From: an uncultured Actinomycetes bacterium
Lineage (GTDB): Bacteria > Actinomycetota > Thermoleophilia > Gaiellales > Gaiellaceae
NCBI GenBank assembly: GCA_963738505.1
Contig: CAVTWR010000002.1
Span: 20,278-84,277, forward strand
DNA: 64,000 bases
Direction: 5' to 3'
Positions 21,160 through 32,456 of this stretch are shown here, one piece after another (the first letter of the stretch is position 1; each line of letters begins with the position of its first letter). The notes beneath the pieces are model-generated. The model was not told the origin of the DNA. It did not search any database and worked only from the letters and a program-made list of their open reading frames with translations. The translations under genes were made by a program, and so were the position numbers.

Positions 21160-22215
21160 ATGAGGTCCTCTCGTGCGGCCGCCGGGAGGTTGAAGGTGGC
21201 GATGCTGGCGCCGATCTCCTGGCGGGTGCCGCCGCGGCACTACGGTCCCTGGGAGCAGTTCGTCTCGCTGCTCACCGAGGGCCTGGTCGAGCGGGGGGTC
21301 GACGTGACGCTCTTCGCCACGGCGGACTCGCAGACCCGGGCGCACCTGGTCGGCTCGGCGCCGACGGGATACTCCGAGGATCCCGAGCTGGACGCCAAGG
21401 TCTGGGAGGCCCTGCACATCTCCGCGGTGTTCGAGCGCGCCGGGGAGTTCGACCTCATCCACAACAGCTTCGACTTCCTGCCGCTCGCTTTCAGCCGGCT
21501 GGTCGGCACGCCTGTGGTCACGACGGTCCACGGCTTCTCGTCCCCACGGATCCTGCCCGTGTACGAGAAGTACGACAGCAGCTCGTACTACGTGGCGATC
21601 AGTGACGCAGATCGAAGTGACAAGCTCGACTACGTCGCAACCATCCATCACGGCATCGACATGCGGAAGCTGGCGCTGGGCTCTGGCGAGGGCGGCCACC
21701 TGCTGTACTTCGGGAGAATCCATCCCGACAAGGGAACGGTCGAGGCGATCGAGGTGGCCGGGCGGGCTGGCCTCCCCCTGATCCTCGCCGGGATCGTCCA
21801 GGATCGCGAGTACTTCGCCCGGCTCGTGGAGCCACGGATCGACGGCGAGAGCGTCACCTACATCGGAGTCGTCGCCGCCGACGCCCGGAGCGACGTGCTC
21901 GGTGCCGCCCGGGCGCTCCTGCACCTGGCCAACTTCGAGGAGCCGTTCGGGTACAGCGTCGTCGAGGCCATCGCCTGCGGCACGCCCGTGATCGCGACTG
22001 CGCGCGGATCGATGCCCGAGATCGTGCGGCACGGCGAGAACGGGTTTCTGGTCGGGTCGATCGACGAGGCGGCAGCCGCAGTCGATCTCACGAGCAGCCT
22101 CGACCGCAGTGCGGTTCGCGCGACGGTGGAGCAGCGCTTCGACGTCAACCGCATGGTGGACGAGTACCTCGACGTCTACCAGCGCGTGGTCGAGCTGCAC
22201 CGCGCCCGCGCCTGA
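21160..22215 (+). CDS. GT4 glycosyltransferase
   Basis: VPPRHYGPWE, GRIHPDKG and EPFGYSVVEA motifs. Confidence 0.9.
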   Translation: MRSSRAAAGRLKVAMLAPISWRVPPRHYGPWEQFVSLLTEGLVERGVDVTLFATADSQTRAHLVGSAPTGYSEDPELDAKVWEALHISAVFERAGEFDLIHNSFDFLPLAFSRLVGTPVVTTVHGFSSPRILPVYEKYDSSSYYVAISDADRSDKLDYVATIHHGIDMRKLALGSGEGGHLLYFGRIHPDKGTVEAIEVAGRAGLPLILAGIVQDREYFARLVEPRIDGESVTYIGVVAADARSDVLGAARALLHLANFEEPFGYSVVEAIACGTPVIATARGSMPEIVRHGENGFLVGSIDEAAAAVDLTSSLDRSAVRATVEQRFDVNRMVDEYLDVYQRVVELHRARA

Positions 22216-22238
22216 TCGACGTCGGCGGCCCGTCCGGG

Positions 22239-23768
22239 TCAGGCGGGCGCCAGGATCACTCCTTCCGCCGGTCCGAGGCAGCCGTCCCAGCCTTGTCCCT
22301 CGCGTCGTCGGTGGGTGGCGACCTCGATCCGCCAGCCGCCGGCGGTGCCGACACCCTCCAGGTGCTCGTCGGTGAAGTTCACCGCTATCAGGCGCAGGTC
22401 GTCGGCGTGCCGTCGCTCGTACACGAGCGCTCCGGCCGGGGCCTCGAGCAGCCGCCAGCTCCCTGACCTCAGTGCCGCCGAGCCTCGCCTGGTCACGAGC
22501 AGGCGCCGGTAGAGCGCGAGCAGCGAATCCGGGTCGGCCTCCTCGCGCTCGGCGTTCCGCAGCCCGGGATCCGGTGGCCAGGGCAGCCAGGGAGGCGACG
22601 GCCACCCGTGAGGCGGCGCCATCTCCCAGGGAATGGGCGCGCGTGAGCCATCCCGCCCACCGGGGTCGACGCGCGATCCGACGGGGACGTCGGCATCGAG
22701 CAGCCCGAGCTCCTCGCCGGCGAAGAGAAACGGCGTACCGCACAGCGTCAGGATCACCACCGCGGCGGCTCGCGCGCGTTCCTCCGAGGCGGCGAAGCGC
22801 GTGCGGTGGCGAGGCTGGTCGTGATTCGACAGCACCCAGCAGGGCCACGCTTCAGGGGCTGCAAGCGCCCGCTCCGCCTCCACCAACGCCTTCGCGAATG
22901 CCCCGGCCGACCACGGCACGTGCATCAGGGCGAAGTTGAAGACCATGTGCAGTTCGTCGCCGGCCCCGTAGTAGCCCGCGAGACGCGCCGGAGAGTCGAA
23001 CGGCACCTCGCCGATCATCACCCGGTCGCCCTCGTACTCGTCCAGCAGCTTGCGGATGTCCCGCAGGAGCTCATGCGTACGAGGGTGATCGTGGTGCGTG
23101 GCGATATCGAGATGCAGGAGCTCGTGCCCGTGGTCGGGCAGCGTCTCGTCCTTCCCGATCAGGTTGACGACGTCCGCCCGAAACCCGTCGACACCGCGGT
23201 CCAGCCAGAAGCGGAGGGTGCCGTGCATCGCTGTCACGACCTCTGGACTGGCCCAGTTGAGGTCCGGCTGCTCCGGGAGGAACAGGTGGAGGTACCACTG
23301 CTCCGTGGCCTCGTCCCGAGTCCAGGCGGGGCCCCCGAAGGCGGAACGCCAGTTGTTCGGCGGCCCTGCGCCCCGGCCGTCCCGCCAGATGTACCACTCG
23401 CGCTTCGTGGACGTGCGCGAGGACCTCGACTCGAGAAACCAGGGATGCTGAGAGCTGGTGTGATTCGGAACCCAGTCGAGGACGACGCGCAACCCCAGCC
23501 GGTGCGCCTCTGCGAGCAGCCGGTCGAATGCGTCGAGGTCGCCGAAGACCGGATCGACATCGTTGTAGTCGCTGACGTCGTAGCCGGAATCCGCCATCGG
23601 CGAGCGGTAGATCGGCGACAGCCAGATGGCGTCCACACCCAGCTTCGCGACATGGTCGAGCCTCGAGGTGATGCCCTCGAGGTCGCCGACGCCATCGCCG
23701 TCGGAGTCGCAGAAGGAGCGTGGGTAGATCTGGTACACGACGGCCGAGCGCCACCAGGGTGCATTCAC
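22239..23768 (-). CDS. GH13 alpha-glucosidase
   Basis: WWRSAVVYQIYPRSF, DWVPNH, GVDGFRAD and SNHD motifs; GTG start preceded by a TACGTT -10 box. Confidence 0.92.
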   Translation of the reverse strand: MNAPWWRSAVVYQIYPRSFCDSDGDGVGDLEGITSRLDHVAKLGVDAIWLSPIYRSPMADSGYDVSDYNDVDPVFGDLDAFDRLLAEAHRLGLRVVLDWVPNHTSSQHPWFLESRSSRTSTKREWYIWRDGRGAGPPNNWRSAFGGPAWTRDEATEQWYLHLFLPEQPDLNWASPEVVTAMHGTLRFWLDRGVDGFRADVVNLIGKDETLPDHGHELLHLDIATHHDHPRTHELLRDIRKLLDEYEGDRVMIGEVPFDSPARLAGYYGAGDELHMVFNFALMHVPWSAGAFAKALVEAERALAAPEAWPCWVLSNHDQPRHRTRFAASEERARAAAVVILTLCGTPFLFAGEELGLLDADVPVGSRVDPGGRDGSRAPIPWEMAPPHGWPSPPWLPWPPDPGLRNAEREEADPDSLLALYRRLLVTRRGSAALRSGSWRLLEAPAGALVYERRHADDLRLIAVNFTDEHLEGVGTAGGWRIEVATHRRREGQGWDGCLGPAEGVILAPA

Positions 23769-23933
23769 GCGCACAACGTATCTCCATCGCCTCCGGCGCA
23801 CCTGTTGCTCGGGGTGGCGTGCCTGCGCCGTGGGGAGGACGAAGTTCCTTGTCGGCCCCGAGGTGATGGATTCCCGGTCGCCTGACAGTCCACTAGTTCG
23901 AACATCGGCAACTGCTCGGGTCCGTCGCGGCGG

Positions 23934-24177
23934 CTCGCGATGGGTCGAGCGGGGCTGAACGTCTTGCGAGGCCCTGAAGGGCCCCGCGCCGCTCTCGCGA
24001 TGGGTCGAGCGGGGCTGAACGTCTTGCGAGGCCCTGAAGGGCCCCGCGCCGCTCTCGCGATGGGTCGAGCGGGGCTGAGCGTCTTGCGAGGCCCTGAAGG
24101 GCCCCGCGCCGCTCTCGCGATGGGTCGAGCGGGGCTGAGCGTCTTGCGAGGCCCTGAAGGGCCCCGCGCTGCTCTCG
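23934..24177. repeat. Tandem array of four 60-bp units, each carrying a 25-nt palindromic hairpin
   Basis: Unit TGGGTCGAGCGGGGCTGA(A/G)CGTCTTGCGAGGCCCTGAAGGGCCCCGCGC(C/T)GCTCTCGCGA; units 1-2 and 3-4 share a diagnostic base. Confidence 0.97.
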
Positions 24178-24180
24178 TGC

Positions 24181-24286
24181 GCGCAGGCCAGTTCCACCGC
24201 CCGGCGAGCGACACCCCGGGCGTAGTGGGTCCCTTCAGGGGCTCACAAGCAGTTCGGCCCGGCACTCGCCTCCGGACCCGGTCGCG
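24181..24286. repeat. REP/REPIN-like element arm (inverted hairpin copy at 24225-24249)
   Basis: GTGGGTCCCTTCAGGGGCTCACAAG with flanks homologous to 26542-26670, 29653-29700, 35961-35995 and 52332-52386. Confidence 0.85.
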
Positions 24287-24343
24287 CAGTTGGGGAATCA
24301 ATCATCTGAAGAGGTCGACTTGGTGGGCAGCCGGCGCTCCTGC

Positions 24344-25120
24344 TTACGTGGCGCTCTGGCCGCCGTCGACCAGGAGTGTCTGCCCTGTGACGAAGTCCGA
24401 GGCGGGGGAGGCGAGGAAGGCGATTGCGCCCTTCAGGTCATGCGATGTCCCGAACCGTCCCAGCGGAATGCGGGAAAGCAGCGCCTCGCCAGCCCGCTCG
24501 AGCACCTTTTCGGACATGTCCGACGGGAACCAGCCGGGGGCGAGTGCGTTCACGTTGATCCGGTGCCTGGCCCACTTGACAGCGAGGTCGATGGTGAGCG
24601 CCACAAGCCCGCCCTTGCTTGCGTTGTAGGGCAGCGCGTCCATCGTCTCCGGCGCGGCGCCGCGGAAGGCGGCAATCGAGGCGATGTTCACGATCTTGCC
24701 GCCGTCCCCCTGCGTGATCAGCCGGCGACCGACGGCCTGCGTGAAGAGGAAGGCGCCGGTGAGATTGACGTCGATCACCTTCTGCCACCCCTCCAGCGGC
24801 ACTTCCTCGGCAGGGGCGCCCCAGGAGGTGCCCGAGTTGTTGACGAGGATGTCCACGCGACCGAGCGTCTTCACTGCCGAGTCGACGACACTCTTGATCG
24901 AACCGGCGTCACGCACGTCGCAGCCGAGTCCCAGCGCTCGGACGCCGAGGGTTTCGAGCTCCGACGCAGCCTGCTCGCAGCGCTCCGCGTTGCGTGCGCA
25001 GACGACCACGCCGGCTCCGCATTCGGCGAGGGCGTCGGCCATCTGCCGGCCCAGGCCCGTGGCGCCGCCCGTGACGATGGCCACCTTGCCGCTGAGGTCG
25101 AACAGCTCCTGGACGCGCAC
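24344..25120 (-). CDS. SDR oxidoreductase (gluconate 5-dehydrogenase-like)
   Basis: LFDLSGKVAIVTGG, NNSGTSWGAP and YNASK motifs. Confidence 0.9.
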   Translation of the reverse strand: MRVQELFDLSGKVAIVTGGATGLGRQMADALAECGAGVVVCARNAERCEQAASELETLGVRALGLGCDVRDAGSIKSVVDSAVKTLGRVDILVNNSGTSWGAPAEEVPLEGWQKVIDVNLTGAFLFTQAVGRRLITQGDGGKIVNIASIAAFRGAAPETMDALPYNASKGGLVALTIDLAVKWARHRINVNALAPGWFPSDMSEKVLERAGEALLSRIPLGRFGTSHDLKGAIAFLASPASDFVTGQTLLVDGGQSAT

Positions 25121-25270
25121 GCTGGCGCCTAACGCCTCACGGGCGGGTCGGGCTGGTTGGAGGGCTGCTGGCGATGATCATGATCACGTCGGTTCTGCCT
25201 GTCGCGAGGTGCAGAGTCTAGTGCCCGAGGGCCCGGGAGAGGCCGAGTCGCGCCTTGCTACGGTGGTCGC

Positions 25271-26434
<1,164 letters not shown>

Positions 26435-26541
26435 TCCGTCGCGCGTGGCGGCGGAACCGCCGGAGGGTGCTCACGAGTTGCTGGAGTCGGGTGCGCGCGC
26501 CTCGCCGGGCCACGATCAAACCCCACGGCACCTCACCACGT

Positions 26542-26670
26542 GCGAGTTCCGGGACGAGTTCCTTGTGAGTCCCTCAAGGAACCCACTGCGCCCGGGGGTC
26601 GCTCGCTGGGCGGTAGAGCTCGCCGCTCGCGTGGTTCGCGGCGCGAAGAGGCACGGGCCTCGCCAGGCGT
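26542..26670. repeat. REP/REPIN-like element copy
   Basis: Hairpin CTTGTGAGTCCCTCAAGGAACCCAC at 26562-26586; the whole segment aligns in inverted orientation to ~24140-24270. Confidence 0.8.
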
Positions 26671-26758
26671 TCTGGAAGCAACGAGCTGACGGGGTCGACC
26701 GAGAACGCCGGAGCCGGGTGCTCCCTGGGAAGTAGCGAGACTGTGGTAGAGATCGACC

Positions 26759-27679
26759 ATGGAGGATGCAGGGCCGACCGATCGTCTCACGCACCTCCAA
26801 CGCCTCGAGGCGGAGAGCATCCACATCCTGCGCGAGGTCGTGGCCGTCGCCGAGAACCCGGTCATGCTGTACTCGATCGGCAAGGACAGCGCGGCCATGC
26901 TCCACCTGGCACGCAAGGCGTTTCACCCGGCGAAGCCGCCGTTCCCGCTCCTGCACGTCGACACGACGTGGAAGTTCCGCGACATGTACACACTGCGCGA
27001 CCGCATGGCGAGCGAGTTGGGGATGGAGCTCCTCGTCCATGTCAACGAGGATGGCCTGGCGCAGGGGGTCGGGCCCTTCACCCACGGGTCGGCGGTGCAC
27101 ACCGACGTCATGAAGACGGAGGCGCTGAAGCAGGCACTCACCAAGTACGGCTTCGACGCCGCGTTCGGCGGTGCGCGCCGCGACGAGGAGAAGTCCCGAG
27201 CCAAGGAGCGGATCCTCTCCTTCCGCTCGGCGCAGCACCGCTGGGACCCGAAGAACCAACGGCCCGAGCTGTGGCGCGTGTACAACGCGGCGAAGCGCCG
27301 CGGTGAGTCGATCCGCGCCTTCCCGCTCTCCAACTGGACCGAGCTGGACGTCTGGCTCTACCTGTACCGCGAGCAGATCCCCATCGTGCCGCTGTATCTG
27401 GCCGCCGAGCGTCCTGTGGTGGAGCGAGACGGCGTGCTGATCATGGTCGACGACGAGCGCCTGCCGCTCGCTCCCGGCGAGCAGCCGATGCTGAAGAAGG
27501 TGCGCTTCCGCACGCTCGGCTGTTACCCGCTGACCGGTGCGGTCGAGAGCGACGCCGACACGCTGCCGGCGATCATCCAGGAGATGCTGCTCGCGCGGAC
27601 TTCCGAGCGGCAGGGTCGCGTGATCGACCACGACGCGGCCGGGTCGATGGAGAAGAAGAAGCAGGAGGGGTACTTCTGA
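26759..27679 (+). CDS. cysD: Sulfate adenylyltransferase subunit 2
   Basis: [29 protein letters not shown] and [11 protein letters not shown] motifs. Confidence 0.97.
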   Translation: MEDAGPTDRLTHLQRLEAESIHILREVVAVAENPVMLYSIGKDSAAMLHLARKAFHPAKPPFPLLHVDTTWKFRDMYTLRDRMASELGMELLVHVNEDGLAQGVGPFTHGSAVHTDVMKTEALKQALTKYGFDAAFGGARRDEEKSRAKERILSFRSAQHRWDPKNQRPELWRVYNAAKRRGESIRAFPLSNWTELDVWLYLYREQIPIVPLYLAAERPVVERDGVLIMVDDERLPLAPGEQPMLKKVRFRTLGCYPLTGAVESDADTLPAIIQEMLLARTSERQGRVIDHDAAGSMEKKKQEGYF

Positions 27680-29625
27680 GCGGCCCCGGCTCCTCCGGCT
27701 CCGATCTGATCGCCGAGGACATCCTCGCGTACCTGCGCGAGCACGAGCACAAGGGGATGCTGCGCTTCATCACCTGCGGCAGCGTCGACGACGGCAAGAG
27801 CACGCTGATCGGCCGGCTGCTCTACGAGTCGCAGGTGCTCTTCGACGACCAGCTGGCGGCGCTCGCGGTCGACTCGAAGAAGGTCGGGACGCAGGGGGAC
27901 GAGCTCGACTTCGCGCTGCTCCTGGACGGGCTCACCGCGGAGCGCGAGCAGGGGATCACGATCGACGTCGCCTACCGCTACTTCTCCACCGACCGGCGCA
28001 AGTTCATCGTGGCGGACACGCCCGGCCACGAGCAGTACACCCGCAACATGGTCACCGGTGCCTCCACGGCCGACTGCGCCGTGATCCTGATCGACGCGCG
28101 CAAGGGCGTGCTGACGCAGACCCGACGCCACGCGTTCATCGTCTCCCTGCTCGGAATCCGTCACATCGCGGTGGCCGTGAACAAGATGGATCTCGTCGGC
28201 TTCTCCGCGCAGCGCTTCGCCGAGGTCGAGGCCGAGGTGGCCGAGCTGGCGGCGTGGATCGGCGCCGAGGATGTTCGCTGCATCCCGCTCTCGGGCCTGC
28301 GGGGCGACAACGTGGTGACCCCCAGCGAGGCGCTCGGATGGTACGAGGGGCCGACGCTCCTCGGGTATCTGGAGATGGTGGACATCGACGAAGACGTGTT
28401 GCGGCGAGCGCCGTTTCGGCTGCCCGTGCAGTGGGTCAACCGCCCCAGTCTCGACTTCCGCGGTTTCGCCGGCACGGTGGTGGGCGGCTCGGTCTCCCCC
28501 GGTGATCGCGTGGTCGTCCTGCCGTCCGGGCGCGAGAGCACGGTGGAGCGGATCGTCACCTTCGACGGCGACCTCGAGATCGCCGTCGCCGGGCAGGCCG
28601 TGACGCTCACACTCGCCGACGAGATCGACATCAGCCGCGGCGACCTGATCGCGAAGGCGGACTCGCGGCCCGGGGTGGCCGACTCCTTCGAGGCCACGAT
28701 CGTGTGGATGGACGACGACCCGATGCTCCCCGGCCGCGAGTACATCCTGCGGATCGGCGGCGCCACTGCCGTGACCACGATCACGCCGCTCAAGTACAAG
28801 GTCGACGTGCAGACGCTCGAGCACCTCGCGGCGACCAAGCTCGAGCTGAACGAGATCGGCGTCGGCGCCCTGGAGCTCGACCGGGTGATCGCCTTCGACC
28901 CCTACCGCCAGAACCGCGACACCGGCGGCTTCGTCCTCGTCGACCGCCTCACAAACGCCACCGTCGGAGCGGGTCTGCTCAGCTTCGCCCTGCGCCGCTC
29001 CGAGAACGTGCCGTGGCAGGCGATCGACGTCGACAAGCAGGCGCGGTCGGCGCTCAGCCGCCAGAAGCCGTGCATCGTGTGGTTCACGGGGCTCTCCGGG
29101 GCCGGAAAGTCGACACTGGCCAACCTCGTGGAAAAGCGGTTGCACAGCCTCGGCCATCACACGTACCTGCTCGACGGCGACAACGTGCGGCATGGTCTGA
29201 GCAAGGATCTCGGGTTCACGGCGGCCGACCGGGTCGAGAACATCCGCCGGGTGGGTGAGGTGGCCCGGCTCATGGTCGATGCCGGACTGATCGTGATCGC
29301 CTCGTTCATCTCCCCGTTTCGCAGCGAGCGCCTGACGGTGCGCTCGCTGGTCGAGGAGAACGAGTTCATCGAGGTCTTCGTGGACGCGCCCCTCGAGGTG
29401 GCCGAGGGACGGGACACCAAGGGCCTGTACAAGAAGGCCCGCCGCGGCGAGCTCAAGAACTTCACCGGCATCGACTCTCCCTACGAAGCCCCCGAGAGTC
29501 CCGAGGTTCGAGTCGACACGGCCGCCCTCGAGCCCGAGGAGTCGGCGCAGCTCGTGATCGACGCCCTGGTGCGCGCCGGCGTGCTCTCCTCGGCGACCGA
29601 GCGAGGCGCTGCCTCCGGCGACTGA
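27676..29625 (+). CDS. cysNC: Bifunctional sulfate adenylyltransferase subunit 1 / APS kinase
   Basis: [14 protein letters not shown] and NKMD, plus APS kinase motifs GLSGAGKST and LDGDNVR. Conserved N-terminus extends upstream of ATG 27757, so a CTG start at 27676 is inferred. Confidence 0.93.
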   Translation: MSGPGSSGSDLIAEDILAYLREHEHKGMLRFITCGSVDDGKSTLIGRLLYESQVLFDDQLAALAVDSKKVGTQGDELDFALLLDGLTAEREQGITIDVAYRYFSTDRRKFIVADTPGHEQYTRNMVTGASTADCAVILIDARKGVLTQTRRHAFIVSLLGIRHIAVAVNKMDLVGFSAQRFAEVEAEVAELAAWIGAEDVRCIPLSGLRGDNVVTPSEALGWYEGPTLLGYLEMVDIDEDVLRRAPFRLPVQWVNRPSLDFRGFAGTVVGGSVSPGDRVVVLPSGRESTVERIVTFDGDLEIAVAGQAVTLTLADEIDISRGDLIAKADSRPGVADSFEATIVWMDDDPMLPGREYILRIGGATAVTTITPLKYKVDVQTLEHLAATKLELNEIGVGALELDRVIAFDPYRQNRDTGGFVLVDRLTNATVGAGLLSFALRRSENVPWQAIDVDKQARSALSRQKPCIVWFTGLSGAGKSTLANLVEKRLHSLGHHTYLLDGDNVRHGLSKDLGFTAADRVENIRRVGEVARLMVDAGLIVIASFISPFRSERLTVRSLVEENEFIEVFVDAPLEVAEGRDTKGLYKKARRGELKNFTGIDSPYEAPESPEVRVDTAALEPEESAQLVIDALVRAGVLSSATERGAASGD

Positions 29626-29652
29626 CACCGGACCGGGCGGTTGGTGCCCGAC

Positions 29653-29832
29653 GCGAGTTCCGGGAGAACTCCTTGTGGTCACTGAAGGGATCCACTACGC
29701 ACCTACCGCAGTGTCACCGGGCAGGACGCCACAGCAGTTCCGCGCGGTGCGGTCTCGCTGAAGTAACCCACTGCGCGGGGGTCGCGGTTTCGCCGCGAGC
29801 GGGGCCCTCCAGGGTCTCGCAAGGGGCTCAGC
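29653..29832. repeat. REPIN-like element with two inverted hairpins
   Basis: CTTGTGGTCACTGAAGGGATCCAC at 29672-29695 and inverted GCGGGGCCCTCCAGGGTCTCGCAAG at 29799-29823. Confidence 0.8.
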
Positions 29833-29964
29833 CCACCGACGCGCAGTCGTCGGTCGGACGTTGCGGGACGGCGCTCCAGTGCCATCCGGTCGCTGGTTTG
29901 ACCGTCATCACGCGTTCATCTCCGTCCTCCAGCCTCCGTGAAGACAACTTCAGGAGGCGGCCCG

Positions 29965-31728
29965 ATGCACAGCAACAACCGATTGTTCAACGTCCGGATG
30001 CGACTGGTGGTTCTCGCGATCCTGGCGGCCACCACCGCGGCCGTGATCGGCGTCATGCGATCGCACGACGGTGGGGCAGCGGCTGCGGCGCCGCCGGCGG
30101 GGGTCAAGGTGAAACGCGGGGACATCACGGTCGCGGTCGGTGGTGTCGGACGGATCGTTCAGTCGGGCGAAACGGGCCTAGCGAATGCCACGACAGGCAC
30201 TGGCGCTGTAGGCGGCGAACTACAGGGGGCCCCGGTATTCCCGCAGGCCAGTGGCCGGATCGCGCAGCTGCTCGTCGCCCGCGGAGATCGCGTCGCCGCC
30301 GGCCAGCCGGTCGCTGTTCTCGATGACGGCGGGCTGGCCGCCGCGGGAGTCAGCCAGGCGCGGTCGGATCTTGCCGCCGCGCGACTCGAGCTGCTTCAGA
30401 AGCAGACATACGACCCGGCCAGCGGCGTCCTCCCGACCGCAGCGGAGTTCGCGGCCGCCCGGGCAGCGGTGGCCTCGGCCCGAGCGCGTCTCTCCGTTCT
30501 CGGCGCTCCACCCCGCGCGGCCGAGGTGGCAGCGGCACGCCTCGAGGTGAGCCGAGCCGAGGCCGAGCTCGAGACGATCCTCGGCGGGACTGCCGAGACC
30601 CGGGCGGACACCCTACTGCTCGCACAGAAGAACGTGGAACTGGCCCAGGCCCGCTTCGACCGGCTACTCGCCCCGCCGCGCCCGGCCGATGTGGCCGCAG
30701 CCCAGTCGGACGTCAAGCGCGCAGAGGCCGACCTCGAGGCTCTGGTCAGAACCGACCGCACCCAACCGGTGACGCTGAAGGAGATCGAGGCAGCCAGGGC
30801 CGCGATCGAGGTCGCGAAACTGAAGCTGGCACAGGTTCTCGCTCCCGTGGATCCGACCGAGATTGCGGCCGCGCGCCTGGAGGTCGAGCGCGCGCAGGTG
30901 GAGCTTCGCAAGCTGGCAGCAGGTCCCAGCCGCGCAACTCTGGCGGCGTCGCGCCTGGCCGTGACCAGTGCCCGGACGCGGCTCCGGCAGTTGTCCGCAC
31001 CTCCGCTTCGCAGCGACATCGCAGCCGCCCGGCTCGACCGCCAACGGGCCGAGGCAGAGTTGGCGGTGCTGCGCGCGCGGCAGCGGCCCGCCTCCACGAC
31101 CGAGGTCGCGCTCGCGCGACTCAAGGCCGAGTCCGCCCAGGCGCGACTCGCGAGCGCCCAGCTCGCAACCACGGCGTTGACGGTGCGTGCGCAGCGGCCC
31201 GGAACCGTGACCGCGCTGCTCGCACCTGCGGGTGCACGGGTCGATCTGTCCACGCCGATCGTGGCGGTCGCCAACCTGGATCGTCTCGAGGTCACCGTGG
31301 ATCTGAGCGAGTTCGACGTCGCTCGCGTGCGCCGCGGCCAGCGAGCCAGCGTGAGCGTCGATGCCCTGGGCGGAGAGGCCTTCAAGGGAACCGTGCGCTT
31401 CGTGGCGTTCACCGGAAGCAACACCACGGGAATCGTGACGTTCCCGGTCCAGGTCGAGCTCACCGACGCAGAGGGCCTCAAGCCGGGCATGAACGTCAGC
31501 GTCCGCATCGTCGTGGCCAAGCGGCAAGGCGTCGTTCGCATCCCATTGGAAGCCGTGGTGCAGGATGGTGATGAGGCCACGGTCACCGTGTTCGACCCGG
31601 CAGGTCAGCAGGTCACGCGCAAGGTCACCCTCGGCCTCGCCAACAACAAGGCGGTCGAGATCGTCAAGGGCCTGAAGGTAGGCGAACGTGTCACGCTGGC
31701 CGAGCCGGACGCGAGCGGCGAAGCATGA
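29965..31728 (+). CDS. Efflux periplasmic adaptor (MacA/HlyD-like) with a very long coiled coil
   Basis: N-terminal TM segment, lipoyl-like halves (ASGRIAQLLVARGDRV; GTVTAL), LKPGMNV, GLKVGE; RBS AGGAGG. Confidence 0.88.
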   Translation: MHSNNRLFNVRMRLVVLAILAATTAAVIGVMRSHDGGAAAAAPPAGVKVKRGDITVAVGGVGRIVQSGETGLANATTGTGAVGGELQGAPVFPQASGRIAQLLVARGDRVAAGQPVAVLDDGGLAAAGVSQARSDLAAARLELLQKQTYDPASGVLPTAAEFAAARAAVASARARLSVLGAPPRAAEVAAARLEVSRAEAELETILGGTAETRADTLLLAQKNVELAQARFDRLLAPPRPADVAAAQSDVKRAEADLEALVRTDRTQPVTLKEIEAARAAIEVAKLKLAQVLAPVDPTEIAAARLEVERAQVELRKLAAGPSRATLAASRLAVTSARTRLRQLSAPPLRSDIAAARLDRQRAEAELAVLRARQRPASTTEVALARLKAESAQARLASAQLATTALTVRAQRPGTVTALLAPAGARVDLSTPIVAVANLDRLEVTVDLSEFDVARVRRGQRASVSVDALGGEAFKGTVRFVAFTGSNTTGIVTFPVQVELTDAEGLKPGMNVSVRIVVAKRQGVVRIPLEAVVQDGDEATVTVFDPAGQQVTRKVTLGLANNKAVEIVKGLKVGERVTLAEPDASGEA

Positions 31729-32456
31729 CCGTCCGCGGGACAGACCCTGTCATCGAGCTCACCGGGCTGACCAAGACCCACAGCAGCGGCGACCTGACGG
31801 TGCAGGCGGTCAGGGACTGCAGCCTCGTGGTCCGCGAGGGCGAGTTCGTGGCGATCATGGGCGCCTCGGGATCGGGGAAGACGACACTCCTCGGGATTCT
31901 CGGCCTGCTCGACCGGCCCACCACCGGCTCCTACCGGCTCGCGGGCGAGGAGGTGGCCACGCTCGGCGAGGCACGGCGGGCGCGCATCCGCGGGGAGCGC
32001 ATCGGGTTCGTGTTCCAGGCGTACAACCTCATCCCGCGCGCCACGGCCTACAAGAACGTGGAGCTGCCGCTCGTGTACGCGGGAGTGCGGGCGCCCGAGC
32101 GCAGAAGCCGCGTGTTCGAGGCACTGGCCGAGGTCGGTCTCGCCGAGCGCACGGGACATGTGCCGACCCAGCTCTCGGGCGGGGAGCAGCAGCGTGTCGC
32201 GATCGCCCGCGCACTCGTGGTGCAGCCGAGCGTGGTCCTCGCCGACGAGCCAACCGGCAACCTCGATTCCGCCAGCGAGAAGGACGTGCTCGCGATGCTC
32301 GCTCGGCTGCATGACCGCGGCGTGACGATCGTGATGGTCACGCACTCACGCGAGGTGGCGGAGCACGCGTCGCGCATCGTGCTGTTCGGAGACGGCCTGA
32401 TCATCGCCGACGACATCGTCGAACGGCGACTCGCGGCGACGGGTGGCGTGCGATGA
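31725..32456 (+). CDS. MacB/LolD-type ABC ATPase
   Basis: [16 protein letters not shown] and ADEPTGNLD motifs. Confidence 0.93.
   Translation: MTVRGTDPVIELTGLTKTHSSGDLTVQAVRDCSLVVREGEFVAIMGASGSGKTTLLGILGLLDRPTTGSYRLAGEEVATLGEARRARIRGERIGFVFQAYNLIPRATAYKNVELPLVYAGVRAPERRSRVFEALAEVGLAERTGHVPTQLSGGEQQRVAIARALVVQPSVVLADEPTGNLDSASEKDVLAMLARLHDRGVTIVMVTHSREVAEHASRIVLFGDGLIIADDIVERRLAATGGVR

Noticed and set aside
23934-24177. CRISPR array
   Set aside because: The putative spacers are identical, there are no cas genes or leader, and the palindrome also occurs dispersed as single copies.
23769-24197. 20-aa repeat N-terminal extension of the alpha-glucosidase (652-aa ORF)
   Set aside because: The open frame is a by-product of a 60-bp GC-rich repeat; homology and a -10 box place the start at GTG 23768.
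26562-26586. Hammerhead ribozyme core in the hairpin repeats
   Set aside because: The family loop region reads CTGAAGG rather than CUGANGA, and there is no matching GAAA/stem arrangement.
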